Assembly (NCBI GenBank): GCA_021613535.1
Contig: CP075496.1
Span: forward strand, 7,998,001 to 8,062,000
DNA length: 64,000 nt
Direction: 5' to 3'
Source: Adineta vaga
Lineage: Eukaryota; Animalia; Rotifera
Below are positions 1-12,944 of this stretch, piece after piece. Each line of letters opens with the position of its first letter. The stretch's first letter is position 1. The translations under genes were made by a program, and so were the position numbers. A model generated the notes under the pieces. That model ran no database searches, was not told the origin of the DNA, and worked only from the letters and a program-made list of their open reading frames with translations.

Positions 1-207
1 CAATGTTTGAGGTCATCTTTTGTGCATCATTTGCATCGATATAGACTAAACAGATAAATGTCTCAGGCTATATCTTATATTGCATTACTATACTCTCAAT
101 GTAATTAGTCTTTCTTTACTATTTAAGTTTATTTCATACTACGCCGACCGTGTAAATTCACGAAATTGAATACGATCAATCGAAATAAGTGTTCTTTATT
201 TTTTCAG

Positions 208-2553
208 TTGAATTCGATTCTGTATTTAATCGAAGTAGTTATACCTTTGGTTTCGGTAGTCCTGATATTGTTCCAATGTTCAAACGTGGTCAGTCTTATG
301 AACATTTCTATGTTGAATGTTATGATTCAAATGATGAAGAATTCGGTAATGATCGTGCTCATGAATTAGATCTATGGGTTGAAAGACAATTTCGTAAATT
401 TTTATTAAATAATACATTAGAAAAACAATTACAAAACGAACAAATTATTTTCTTTTTTCATCTGCTTGGAATTGATACAAATGGTCATTCACATAAGCCA
501 TGGTCAGATGTTTATATGAAAAATATTCAAATTGTCGATGGAATTATTCAACGATTAGAAAATTTAATTGAAAATTATTATAAACATGATCAAAAAACAA
601 CCTATCTCTTTACATCCGATCATGGTAAATCAATTATTTTCATTATCAAAGTATTCGAATTATTTCATTTAGGTATGACTGATTGGGGTTCACATGGTGC
701 TGGTGATGATACTGAAACTTTAACTCCCATACTAATCTGGGGTTCAGGTATTCATTCATCACGTCATACCAATGTTCATATTGAACAAGCTGATTTATGT
801 CCATTGATGTCTTATTTTCTTGGATTAGATTATGCAATTAATTCAGTTGGTCGTTTACCAATTGATTATCTTTTACCTATCGATGAAGATCTTCTTCAAG
901 CATATTTACAAAATGCTCGACAATTACTTGAACAAGTAAATAAACAACATGATATCTTAAAAAAACGTTTGTTATTTTTTAAACCATTTGATTTAAATGA
1001 AGAAGATTTTTTTCATCGAATGCAAAGTGGTAAAGGTTATATGAATTTACATGCAGTGAAAGATGATATTAAAAGTAAAATTAAATCTTTTCTTTATAAA
1101 TAACAAAAGTTTTCTTTCTCATTAGATTTTATGCATCGTGTTGCTCAAGCAAGTCATTATTATCATACTTATCGACGATTTTTATTAAGTATTTTAATTC
1201 TAGCCGGTTTTTTAACAACATTATGCACAATTTTATATCAATTAAATCCTACAAAACCAAATAAATCATCTTTTGCATTGTTATGTAAAATAATTCCAAT
1301 CATAATTTTCATTCTATTACTAATCGAACAATCACCTTGGACATATTTACTATATCCATTCTTGGTTTGTGTACATACATGTTTATCAGCTGATTTTGTA
1401 ATTGAATGGTTACGACAAAATGCTATTGAACATATAAAATCACGATCATTTTGGTTAAAAATATTTATGATCGGTTTGTTTTTACAAACATATATTCTAC
1501 CATTTTTTCATCGATGGATGATGGCAATCGGTATTTTCTTGTTATTAATTGAAGCTATTCAACGTTGGCAAGGGTAAATATTTTATATTAATTTGAATCG
1601 ACAATTTGTTTTTTTTTGTTTTTAGATCAATTCTTCACGATCGTTATCGACGTGGATATGGTATTTTACTTATATTTATTCTCATTTTTCCATTTCTTCC
1701 AACTGTTGGTACAATCAAAATAACTCTATCATGGTGTACTATAATCTCTGGTATTCTAACTTGTCTCTTTCATTATTTCTATTTCAAAAATGAATCATAT
1801 TCATCATTTATTTATTATATTCAACGTATTTGTTTATTATTATCTATTATTGATAATTATCTTGTTCATAGTTTATCAATTCGTTCATCATTTCTTCATC
1901 TACTTAGTTGGATTATACTTTTCATTTCATGTTTTCTTCCATTTTTATCTTCAACTAAACATCGCTTGAATCGATTGATTGTTATCTATACGTCGGTCAT
2001 AACAATTTATATTCTTCTATCAACACAATATGAAGCTTTATTTGTTCTATGTCTTTGTTTATTAATGTTAACATGGATTTTAACATCGGAACAACAACAG
2101 AAACTAAATCTTCGATTATTTACATTTCAATCATTTCTTTTTATTCTATTGGCTTTTTTTGGTACAGGAAATTTTGCATCAGTAAATTCATTTGATCCAT
2201 CAAACGTCTATTGTTTTCTAACAGTATTCAATCCTTTTCTCATGGGTTTTGTCATTTTAATTAAATATACTTTGCCGATATTAATTGTCAATGGTGCAAC
2301 AGCATATGTGATAAAAACTTCTGATATGATGAAAAAATTTCGTTTATATACGCTAATTCTATGTGATATTTTAGCTTTGGAATTATTTTTTCTTATTAAA
2401 ACAGAAGGAAGTTGGTTACAAATTGGTGAAAGTATTAGTCGTTATGTTATATTAATGATAATGATTGTTATTCTAACAGCATTTCAGTTTCTTGCAAGTT
2501 TATTATTAAATCAACAATGGGATTTTTTCAATAAGAAAATGTCTTTAAAATAG
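208..2553 (+). CDS. PIGN: GPI ethanolamine phosphate transferase 1 (PIG-N/Mcd4); 5' exons lie upstream of the window
   Basis: Lumenal motifs VEFDSVFNRS, HLLGIDTNGHSHKP, FTSDHG|MTDWGSHGAG and EQADLCPLMS; C-terminal multi-TM PigN region with FFGTGNFASVNSF and KTEGSWLQIGESISRY. Exons approx. 208-624, 673-1075, 1126-1573, 1626-2553; the first is preceded by a ttttcag acceptor. Confidence 0.93.
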
Positions 2554-2836
2554 ATTGTGATTTTCAGACATGTTTGTTTCTTTTCTTTCTCATTCTAACG
2601 AAATAAATATGTGAACAGTTAACTTTACAAACATTTCTTTTCTCTCTACAAAGACTTAATGCCTAGATAGATCACATAGAAGTATATAAACAATGAATTC
2701 TTTCACAGGATAACGTATCAGTCGTATATCTAATAGATAATATTTCGACGAGAGAGAAGCATTCTCGTCGAGCATTGTTTCTCATCTGCTTATAAGAAAT
2801 TATTTACTTAAATTCACTTCATAATCTGTCTTAAGA

Positions 2837-4343
2837 ATGTCGTATTCGATAGTTACGTTTATATTATTATTTGTTGTTGCTCTCTCATCATCATTAAAAA
2901 ATATTGAATTAAATGATGATGAAAATGTCTACATACGTTTATATCCAAAATTCGCTCAATTATTTCGTCCACGAATGATCAAATCCGATTTAGCAAAGAG
3001 TACTTTACGAGATGTTGAACAATATAAATTTTCATTTAATGAAAATGAATTTTCAAATATTGCAAAAGATACATTAACGATATTATTTACGAATATTACT
3101 GATCGAATGATTGTTCGTCATCGATCACCAAATTTTGAAAAGGTTGGTACACAATATATTTATCGTCGTGATTCAAAAGAAACCGAAGGTATTCAAATTG
3201 AACTTGCCAATGTCGAAGATCGTCTTTTTCGAGAAGTTCAACGACCAACTCGTTATTTCTATTTAACATCATTCGACAATCTTGAATATACATCAAAAAT
3301 GCCTATTATGCCTTATTATGAAGTAACATTTACTTGTAATAAAACGCTTACAAAAGATCAAAACTTACCATCACCACTTTTATCTTATATTGATAACAGT
3401 TTTTCTTGGATACCACGATATATCATTGAATTACGTTCATTGGATATGTTTCCGGAAAGTATCTTATCTGGCTACGCTGATATTTATAATAATGGTTATC
3501 AAACAGTTACTATTGGAGGATTAGAATTTGTATCTGGTAAAAAACGTTGTCTCAGTTTTATTTTTTAATATTCTTTGATTTTTATCTTTAGGTGATATTA
3601 AATTGAATGCAGACTCAAATGACTTTATTAATTATGCTCCCATATATAGTTATCAATCTTATAAATCATCGTCTGAAAAAGAAGTTACTTTTACTCCATT
3701 CATGAATAAGGAAGCTAGTGGTTCATATGTCTATCAAATATTCACCAAATCGGCATTTATATTACCACCTCATTCGATAAAAACAATTGAATTTGCAAAA
3801 AAGAACATTACTGTTCAAAGATTTCATTATTATGCTAGTATATTTGAACCTATTAATTCTCGTGGTAAACTATTGTCTGCATACAATATTACATCGTATG
3901 ATAGTTTTATACCAAGTGGTCCTGTTTCATTACATCTCGAAGGTAGATTTCTTGGCCAAACCAAATTACCTGACTTAGCTATCGGCGAAACCTATAGTGT
4001 TATATTCGGTTATGATGCTGATGTTTCGTATCATCGAAAAGTTACAGTAAGTGAAAGTAATCAAAAGAATAAGCCAGTTATTTATCATGTGGAATATACA
4101 TTCAAAAATACAGCAACAGCGATGGATACTACTGTAGAGTTTGTTGAATCACTTGGTTCATTGAAATATTTTGAAATCAAAAATATTTCTTCAATCGATG
4201 GAAAAACTGAATCATCACATATTATTCGTCATGGAACGGATTTAAAAGCAACGTTTGTTCTTCCACATAATAATAGTAAATTTACAATTCATTATGATAT
4301 CCTAGTATATAAATCTCGACCAATTATCGACCGTCGTCATTAA
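2837..4343 (+). CDS. Secreted DUF4139-like protein of bacterial type, two exons
   Basis: Signal peptide MSYSIVTFILLFVVALSSS. Motifs LSYIDNSFSWIPRY, ADIYNNG..EFVSGDI and PSGPVSLHLEGRFLGQTKLPDLAIGE..FGYDADV resemble DUF4139 proteins. A 55-nt intron (3537-3591) joins the two ORFs in frame. Confidence 0.72.
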
Positions 4344-5843
4344 TCAATCATAGAGTTAAAGACAGATTTCTTTCTTCTATTTTTTCAAAATTCTTATTCT
4401 TCTATTTTCTACTTGTATAAAAAGCAAAGAATAAATAATTCTATTAATTCAAAAATTGTTCTGTTTTTTATTAAACGCATCGATAATGAAATCGATAGTA
4501 CTGTTTCGATGATGATTAACATTTGTTGTTCTAGTATTAATAGATTCAATTAATCGGACTTTTAATAAATACGACAGTACACATTACAAAGAAAGAATAG
4601 CACATCTAGGTCAACGTATTTATGAAATGTATTCAGCTGTAATAATAATGGTTAAGAATATATGATTTATTATATTGTCAAACATTTATTGATCGTGTTC
4701 ATTATACTATAAAACATTTAAAAAAAGAGAAATTTACCTTATAAAAGATCTCTTTTATATATAGACCAAGAAAGAATTGTGAGAAAGAATAAAATGATAG
4801 TTGCATTATATTTGAAGACGAAACATAAAGAAGGATAAAACTATAGCAAGTATATTTATGAACAAGAGTACCTGTTTTAAAAGGAAGTTCTCTATACGGT
4901 AGTATAAATAAGGACAAAAGAAAAACTTCGTAGTAATTAAGTTTTCATTTAGAAAATATGCGTCTCAGAATAAACAAGAGAGACAACTCCATACATCAAT
5001 TCATCTTCATTTTCTCTTTAAAATGAGATATAATTGAGTACTTTTTGGTAGTCATAGAAATGAATATAGAGTAAATAGACAAGAAAATCTTCAGAATTTT
5101 TTATCATCTGTTTCTGACGGTTTAATCCCATTTCATCGAAAACACCCTCCGCGGCACCCACACTGCTCTGTGATCTGCTCTGATGTACATACCATTTAAT
5201 CCGTGAATTTCAAGAAGACAGAACGATACCGTTTGTGACATTGTCAAGATATGACACAAAAAAGAGTCAGTTTATTATAGAAATGCACTTTTTTATTTCT
5301 ATTCGAGCTAATAGTTAGTCATACATTCATATGACTGATTTTGAGGTAGAATATGACATCGCTGATATGTTTGTTTTAGAGAACTCTTTCCGAGTCCTTT
5401 GATTATCATTGTTATAGATGCATAAAGTTATTCGATTATAAAAGTAACTTTTTTGTTATGCAAGACAAAAGCAAACAATAGAAAAGTTTGAGTTCATACT
5501 CCTATGACCCTAAGAAAATGTCACTAGTTCCGTTTTAATTGACCTCAATATCTGTTATTTGAACTTTCTTTATAGAATTAGATGTTACTTAATCTTCTCG
5601 AATAATAGAAACATGCGGTAGTGAGACATAGTATGGATAAAGCATATTTGTATTATCTATGTCAAAAACTGCCATAAAAATGAAAATTTTATTCGACGGG
5701 CAACTTTTGTTTAGAAAACTTCCTCAATATAAAATCTAATAAGAAAAAGTATAATTCTCATCGAGTCTGTAATATAAAAAATGACCCTGGTAATAAATAA
5801 TTTTGTTTCTTGTTAACACATAGTCGTACAGTACTTCATATAC

Positions 5844-7662
5844 ATGCGTATGGCTAATAATTCCTTTTTATCAAAAGAACTTGAACCATGTCATATTTTA
5901 CGACCAATTGGATATTATCTCATCCTTCTTTGGATTATTGCTACTATATTAAATGGATCAATATTATATATATTTATACGATATAAAACGATACGACAAT
6001 CATCAACAAATATATTTATTGGTGGTTTAATATTAGCAGATTTTATTGGAGGTTGTTTTGAAATACCTTTACCAGCCATTGCGCTCATTGGTTGCAGGTA
6101 AGAATTGCTCTTCAGACGAGAAAAAAGAAACATTGAGAAATGTTTTTGTGAATTATAGATGGATATTTGCCTATACCGGTTGTGTATTTGAAGCAATGAT
6201 TGCTTATTTTGCAGGATGTTCAAATATGTATATGTTATGTTTGTTATCTATTGATAGGTAGAAATACTTTTAGTTTTGATATGACAGAAATTTTTCATTT
6301 TATTCTTGTATTCAATCAGATATTTTGTGGTGTCGAGACCATTTACAACAGTAACGATAACGATTAAACAAAGTTATATATGTATTTGTTGTGCTTATTT
6401 ATTAGCGCTATTGTGGACATTGATGCCTTTAATAGGCTGGTCTAAATATGATTATGAAGTATGATATTACCTAGAATTGAATTATCTTGAGCTGTTCAGT
6501 TCCTTTTGAATAGAATTTATGTGAATAAGTGCTGAATTTCAGTGAATACTCATACAGTTGACATTAGTAATTTGCCTTGCATTCGGTTGTAGTCTAACGG
6601 ATTATGAACAGTATGAATAGCGAAATTATTATATGTTAATCGGAGATTCCACCGATTGGATATGCTCTTAAAATTTCACTTGCCTCGTAGATTTTCAGCA
6701 GTTGAAAATGAGAAATTAGAATTTTCCCGAACATATAGCATACGGTGGATCATAACCGTGTAAATAAAATCCATTATTTACAAAGTCACTGAAAATTATC
6801 ATGTTCATATGTATTTAATGCAAAAGTGATTAGACATCTGAAGAGATTTCTCTACCAGTCGTTTACATTGAATGATCTAGGGCACTGGTGCATCGTGTAG
6901 TATTAAATGGGAAGAACAATCGTTGAATATCATTAGTTATAATATAACTATATTACTATTTGTTTATCTTATACCAGTGATCATAATTATAACAACGAAT
7001 ATAAAAGTCTTTAAAAAAGTATGTGAATTATCAGGTTTCGAGAAGGATAGGAGTGTTACGGAAACGTCTCAATTTGTTTTTATGCTAGATTAATCAACGT
7101 CGTCAATCAACAGGCATAAATTTCAATGTAATCCATATTCAACGTAGACTTTTGATAGAACGTCATGTTAGTCGTACTGTTATTTATATCATTGGTAAAC
7201 TAGGTCAACAGAAAGATATTCGTTGATTCGATTCTATTTTAGGTGGTTTTATCTTGGCTTGGACTCCATATGCAATAACTGTTGTTATTCGTCTATGTAT
7301 TAATGAAGAAAACTTTCCACCAATTTTCGGCACAATACCAGCTTTATTTGCTAAAACAAGTGTTGTGTATGTTATTCTCTGTTTTTTTTATCTTCAAAAC
7401 CTAATTTTCATTGTTCAGATGGAATCCATTGATCTATGTGATGCGTAATGGTAACTTTCATCATCTTCTTCCTTTCTGTATCAATCGTCGTTCACATCGA
7501 AAAAGTAACTTTTCTTATTTTCTCTTTATTTACTAAACACTTTCTATATTCGCTTTTTTTCTAGATAGAAGTTCTGATCAAACTCGTTTTACAGTTTATC
7601 CAGATCTTGCTGTTCAGTTGCCACTAACATCACGATCACAATCACATACAGAAGAAATCTGA
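5844..7662 (+). CDS. Opsin (xenopsin/ciliary-type-like) GPCR, 8 exons
   Basis: Exons 5844-6097, 6159-6257, 6320-6458, 6881-7018, 7089-7194, 7243-7366, 7419-7504, 7565-7662 give a 7TM protein with LAD, DRY, PLIGWSKYDYEGTGASCS, AWTPYA and the retinal-binding lysine in FAKTSVVWNPLIY. Confidence 0.92.
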
Positions 7663-7749
7663 TACTCTCTAATAAAATCAACTTGTGTTTTGTTGTAAAT
7701 TTCGATTTATTGATTTAATGAGAATAGCACGAAAAAAAAGATGAAATCG

Positions 7750-8308
7750 TCATTGAAATAACTGCACGAATTCTTCAAATGAAATTTTTCCATCTCCACT
7801 TGTATCTAAAGATTTAACTATACCATCAATCTGTGATCGATTCAAATGTCGACCCATTTTATGCATAATACTTTCCAATTCATCTGCTTGAATATAGCCT
7901 GAACCATCTTGATCAAATTGTTCAAAAGCAATACGTAATTCTTCTTCAGAATGTTTTTTGAAAAATGTTTCACCCATTACGTAACAAAATTCATCCAACT
8001 CAATTTCACCTGAATGAGAAAACAATTGTTTCTTTTTTTTTTCAACTAGATAGACAATCTCTCCACATACCACTTTGATCTGAATCCATTTGAGTAATTA
8101 ATTCTTTCAGTTGATTATCATTGACTTTGATATTTAATGCTTTGAAAATATTTCCCAATTCTTTTTGAGATATTTTACCAGATCCATCTATATATAAATC
8201 ATTTGACAATTTTCATTTCTAAATAAATCCTTGTTATATACCTTTATCGAAGATATCGAACGCATCTTTTAATTCTTGCCGTTGAGCGCTTGTTAATGAA
8301 CTCGACAT
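7750..8308 (-). CDS. Calmodulin-like protein with four EF-hands, 3 coding exons
   Basis: MSSSLTSAQRQELKDAFDIFDK|DGSGKISQKE...MDSDQS|GEIELDEF...FDQDGSGYIQADE...LDTSGDGKISFEEF; all four EF loops look canonical. Confidence 0.9.
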
Positions 8309-10254
8309 CTATTCACACTAAACTTAGTAAAACAAAGAAATTCTGAAAGAGAAAATCGAAGATTTTTAAAATATGTAAATATCTATCGCATTGAAGCAGA
8401 GAAAAGTAATATTCCGTACGTTCATATTATGAAGTTGTTTCTCACATTAACAAACTTGTTATGTTCCATTATAAAAGAAAAAAAAAAAGAAGAAATGAGT
8501 TTTGTAATGACTTTAAGTAAAGTAATTTTTTTCTCATAATAAAAGTATGATTATGAATAAATATAGTTATCATATAAATAGACGTGCTTATAACTAATAA
8601 TCACATGCTTTGTCAGCATGTGTACATGGGAATTCGATCCTCAAAGAAAAAGTTGAGCATATATATACATTCATGTATAGAACTCATTTTTATAGTATCA
8701 AAAGTCAAGCAAGACTTTTTATAATAGTTGATAAAAGATCAACTTACGTGCAATTTCTTTAAATAAACAATGAAAAACAAATTGTTGTTGCATTTTTTAT
8801 GAACTCTATTAATATCATGTTTATAAATCAAGAGTCCGTCAATGATACGATGGGATCTGGAATAGGAAAATGCATACAAGTCGACTTCTATTTAACACAT
8901 TTCTGTACTCCTAAAAAACAAAGATTTACTTCGCTTGCTCGATTCAATTTTTGTCATATTTACTTTTTGTTAGCTATATTTGTAGAGCTAGTCAAGCAGT
9001 TTTAGAATATACTATTACTTTTTGCATTAGATAATGTTTTGATAGCGATGCCTGTTGATACACTTGTGATTTTTGTGTAGAATGGGACTCAAATCGTTGG
9101 AATGATTTTCAAAGAAATCTTCTGTGAGCAAATTTAATTGAATATCGAATGAAATGACAAAGGAAAAGATTTCACATTATTAAGTGAAAAAGTAACATTT
9201 CGATGTTTTTCCCCTGAATGGTATAGTTTGGCATGCTTTTCACACATATATGACTATCTAAACAACATTATTATGTTTAAATAAGTTTCGATTTATTGAG
9301 AAAATCCTTTTCAGATGTAGTAAAAATCAATTGAAAGCATGCATTGCTCACACTTATGCATGCTTATCTTGTAGATTCTATTTTCTATTCATCAAAATAA
9401 GACTGAGAGACAAACGGTCATTTGATAGACATCATTGCGTGTATGTTGTCGCTTCCGTCCTTCATCTCCGATCAATTCACGCAAATGCTCATCATTTTCT
9501 TTTTTTCTCCAAACAACAATCTGTCCACCCAGTTCCGTCATTATTTTTTTCTCTCTTTCTATTCAATGTCGGTCAGCAATAGGATGAAACTCATTAAAAG
9601 AAGAAATGGAATAGAACGCGACAAGTGGAAAAATACATCGATGATTGCTCTGGGCTGCGTCTGTCTAGATGTTTTCTTGTATTGAATATCTTTGTCAGTC
9701 AAGTATTTTCGAATTTCGAACAGATGTTTATCTGATAGATCGTATAGCGATCGATAATTGTTTGAATAGAAAAAAGGCCAAGGATAAAGAATAAAAACTT
9801 CTTTTTTTTTCGTATATCATACGGTCGATCGATCATTTTCGAAAGAGAGACAATTGGACCTTTTGATGAGCTCATTCGTTTCTCTCTCTCTCTCTTCCCT
9901 CTCTTTCTCATTGTCATGTTTGACCACATGTGTTAGTTTTCTTTCGTGATAAGAGAGAAAGAAGAAAAAAAGAATGGAAACGATTCTTCTCTTCTTCTGA
10001 TAATAGTTCAATTGAATTATCATTCTGTTTCAGGCGGTTCATACATGAGTGACAATATATCAATAGTTTGATTATACACGCATGTTTCTTATACATATAA
10101 AAAGCGTCAATCTTTGTATATTAATCATTGTTAATCGATTGATTGCCTTGAAATAGTGATGAACAAGTTAGTATATAAGAAAAAGTGCTTTGATTAGTTC
10201 CCCAGATAAAAAAGCTTTTCTTTTTCTCACAAATGTATTATTGTTCTAGATTCA

Positions 10255-11472
10255 ATGCAAAAAATTGATGGTTTTAAAACGACCGATTCATTTCGGTTTG
10301 ATCGCAATATATCATCTTCATATATATCATTATCATCTTCATCTGGATATGGGTCACGTTTAAGTTTATCTCAAACTGATCAATCCTCTTCATCGAATCG
10401 TCGTATTAGTTTTAGTAAATATTTCAAAGAAAAACTTTCTCGACATAAAAGTTTCGCATCACTTCTTTCGCCATCCACACCGTCACCGTCAACACGAACA
10501 GCAATATCAAATCCAAACGCTGATATCTATGATAATGTCTGGAATTTGGATAAACAAATTGAAAAATTACGTTTAACTGTAAATAAACAAGTTTCATGGG
10601 ATTGTCAGTCAACTATTTCAATGTCTGTGGATACACCAAAAACGATATATGATCGAATCGAGTAAGTCTTTTCTTTTCGGCCTTGAAATTTAATCATATT
10701 CACTTTCATTCATTCATCCATATCGCGTGATGAATACGCTAACGTCTCAAATTACATATAGATGTATTGAAATATATCTATGTGTGCAGACATAGATGAC
10801 CCGAAGATTATTGTTTTGTTTCGTCTATACATACACTTGAACGCATAGAATCTAATTGTAATGATTCTGCATATGCATATGAGAGACAATAGAACGATAA
10901 TCAAATTTTCATTGTTAACCACGCTTGATTAACGCACTAGTGAGTTGCTTTTCCTGAGCAGCTGTTTCAAGAGTTAAATATCTTCAATTACTATTTTAAT
11001 CAATATGTGAATATATTTTTCTTTCTCGTATTTCAGCGATCAAGATTTATTATCAGTTGCTGCTTGGTATCAAGAAGGTTTACCTACTGATGTATGTGAA
11101 GAACATTTAAATCATAATGATCAACCAATTGGATCATTTATTATTCGATGTAATTATAATCTTTCTCGTTTTCCATTTGTTTTATCAATCAAAACAAAAC
11201 AAACATCGATTGAACATTTTCTCATTGAAAAAACACTAAATCATAATGGTTATCGAATAGAAGTACGTTGAAAAATTCTTTCTTTTCCACTAATCAACTT
11301 TGTTTTCTTATAGAATTCGTCGAAAGTCTTCGTTAATTTAAGTACACTTGTTATTCATCATACAGTCATACGAGAAAATCTACCTGTTACACTTGTATTA
11401 CCATCCATACATGCAACAACGAATATTATACAGTCATCATCGTTAGGAATTATTCGTTCTGTACGATTCTAG
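10255..11472 (+). CDS. SH2-domain adaptor (SH2D5/EGFRAP/tensin-SH2-like) with Ser-rich N-terminus; a further 5' exon is possible
   Basis: Exons 10255-10662, ~11038-11262, ~11314-11472: WYQEGLP...GSFIIRC...FVLSIK...IEHFLIE...KVFVNLSTLVIHHTVIRENLPVTL. The SH2 exons are missed by the ORF track. Confidence 0.75.
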
Positions 11473-12944
11473 TCTTCTCTTGGATACAGTGTATTCATAT
11501 ATATATATATAAATCAACATATAGATAAAAAGAAATCTTCATTTGTTTGTATAGATTTATTTAATAAAGAAAAAAATGTACAAACGGATCAAACATTTCA
11601 ATGTTAATTGTTCTCTTGAGAGATGAAGAATGAAATCATAGATATCATGCTGAGTATGTTATGTGAAGAAATAACTCAGTTCACTTAATGATTCTTTCTT
11701 TCATTCAAAGAATTTCACAGAATGAAATCAAGTAGAAACATTTAACTGACTCTATCACACATATTATCGTTAATCAACGATAAAAAATTAACATTTCTTC
11801 GATATAAAAATTTATCGCCTAGATGGAATCAATTCCTAGGAAAAAGTTCGGTTGAGTCAGTTTTTAAGAATGATATTTGACTATAACGAATTTGACTAAT
11901 ACTTGAGAATAAAACTAATACCAGTATAGAGAAGCTATTACCATAGCAGTGAGGGTCAATAATTGATGAAACTGTTGCATCCTCGAAATTAAATGAGAAG
12001 AGTTTCCAAAGTGAACGTCAATAGAATTTACTGCTACTCTTATTTGAGCTATAAATATGAAGAATATTTTGTAAATCAGATTCATCTAAAATATTCTGAT
12101 ACAAGAACAGGATAGTATTCCTATCAATACCAGTGTCTTTTTATTTCCTAAGCTTCTTGCATACTAACACTTTTCAATTAATGCCAAACATAGAATAAAA
12201 ATGCGTAATTTTACGACTATGAGCGTTTTTTTGTTCGAAATGGATACTTCCTCAGAATGATATGTAAATGTTTCTTTTCTGACTGCTATTAATCACAAAA
12301 ATACGCTTGATAATAATGATTCTTGTTCAATTTTTATTCTCATATTCTCTAGTGTACAGGTCGGAAAAGAGAATTTTTGTGCAGTGAAAACTCAGATATT
12401 TTGTTGAATTTTCACATTAAAATTTATGTACTGCCTGTCATCGAACTTAAGTAAATTATCTTGTCCTTGTGAAACTTTTTACAAATACTTCCTTCTGATT
12501 GTAGTGCCAATCATTGGCGAATACACTACGGGTGGCGACATCTTGATTTTTAGAACACAAGTAAAATAACGTGTCGTCTCATAGAATTGTGCATAACTTC
12601 TTAATCCTTCTTTATCAAAGAAAAATAAAATAAGGAATATTCTAAATAAAAGTTTTTCTTTATTCTTTGAAAATTTCAAATTTCAAGTTTGAGTTTCACT
12701 CCATTCATCACAATGTACATTTTCATCTTCACTAGATAACTGACTAAGTTTGTTTCCGACGAAATAAGAAAAAGAACATAGGATAATAATTTTACTATGA
12801 ATGAATAGACGAATATACAAGTAATTCAGCTCGTCCAAAAAGATCACATGAACAATCATTTCGTCTGTTTCTCCATCAGTTTTTATAATTCATTTGGATT
12901 GAATTCTTCGTCGAAGTGAACGATAAAGTTAATAGAAAACAATC

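Noticed and set aside
189-1103. Alternative genetic code or prokaryotic gene structure suggested by GTG/TTG starts and fragmented ORFs
   Set aside because: The breaks I traced are explained by canonical GT-AG introns under the standard code, apart from the two single-base frame breaks reported above.
8799-10096. Cluster of short ORFs on both strands
   Set aside because: They are low-complexity translations of T/C-rich intergenic DNA with no motif or exon chain.
11800-12700. Possible transposon remnant upstream of the chitinase
   Set aside because: I could not identify TIRs, TSDs or transposase/RT motifs by eye.
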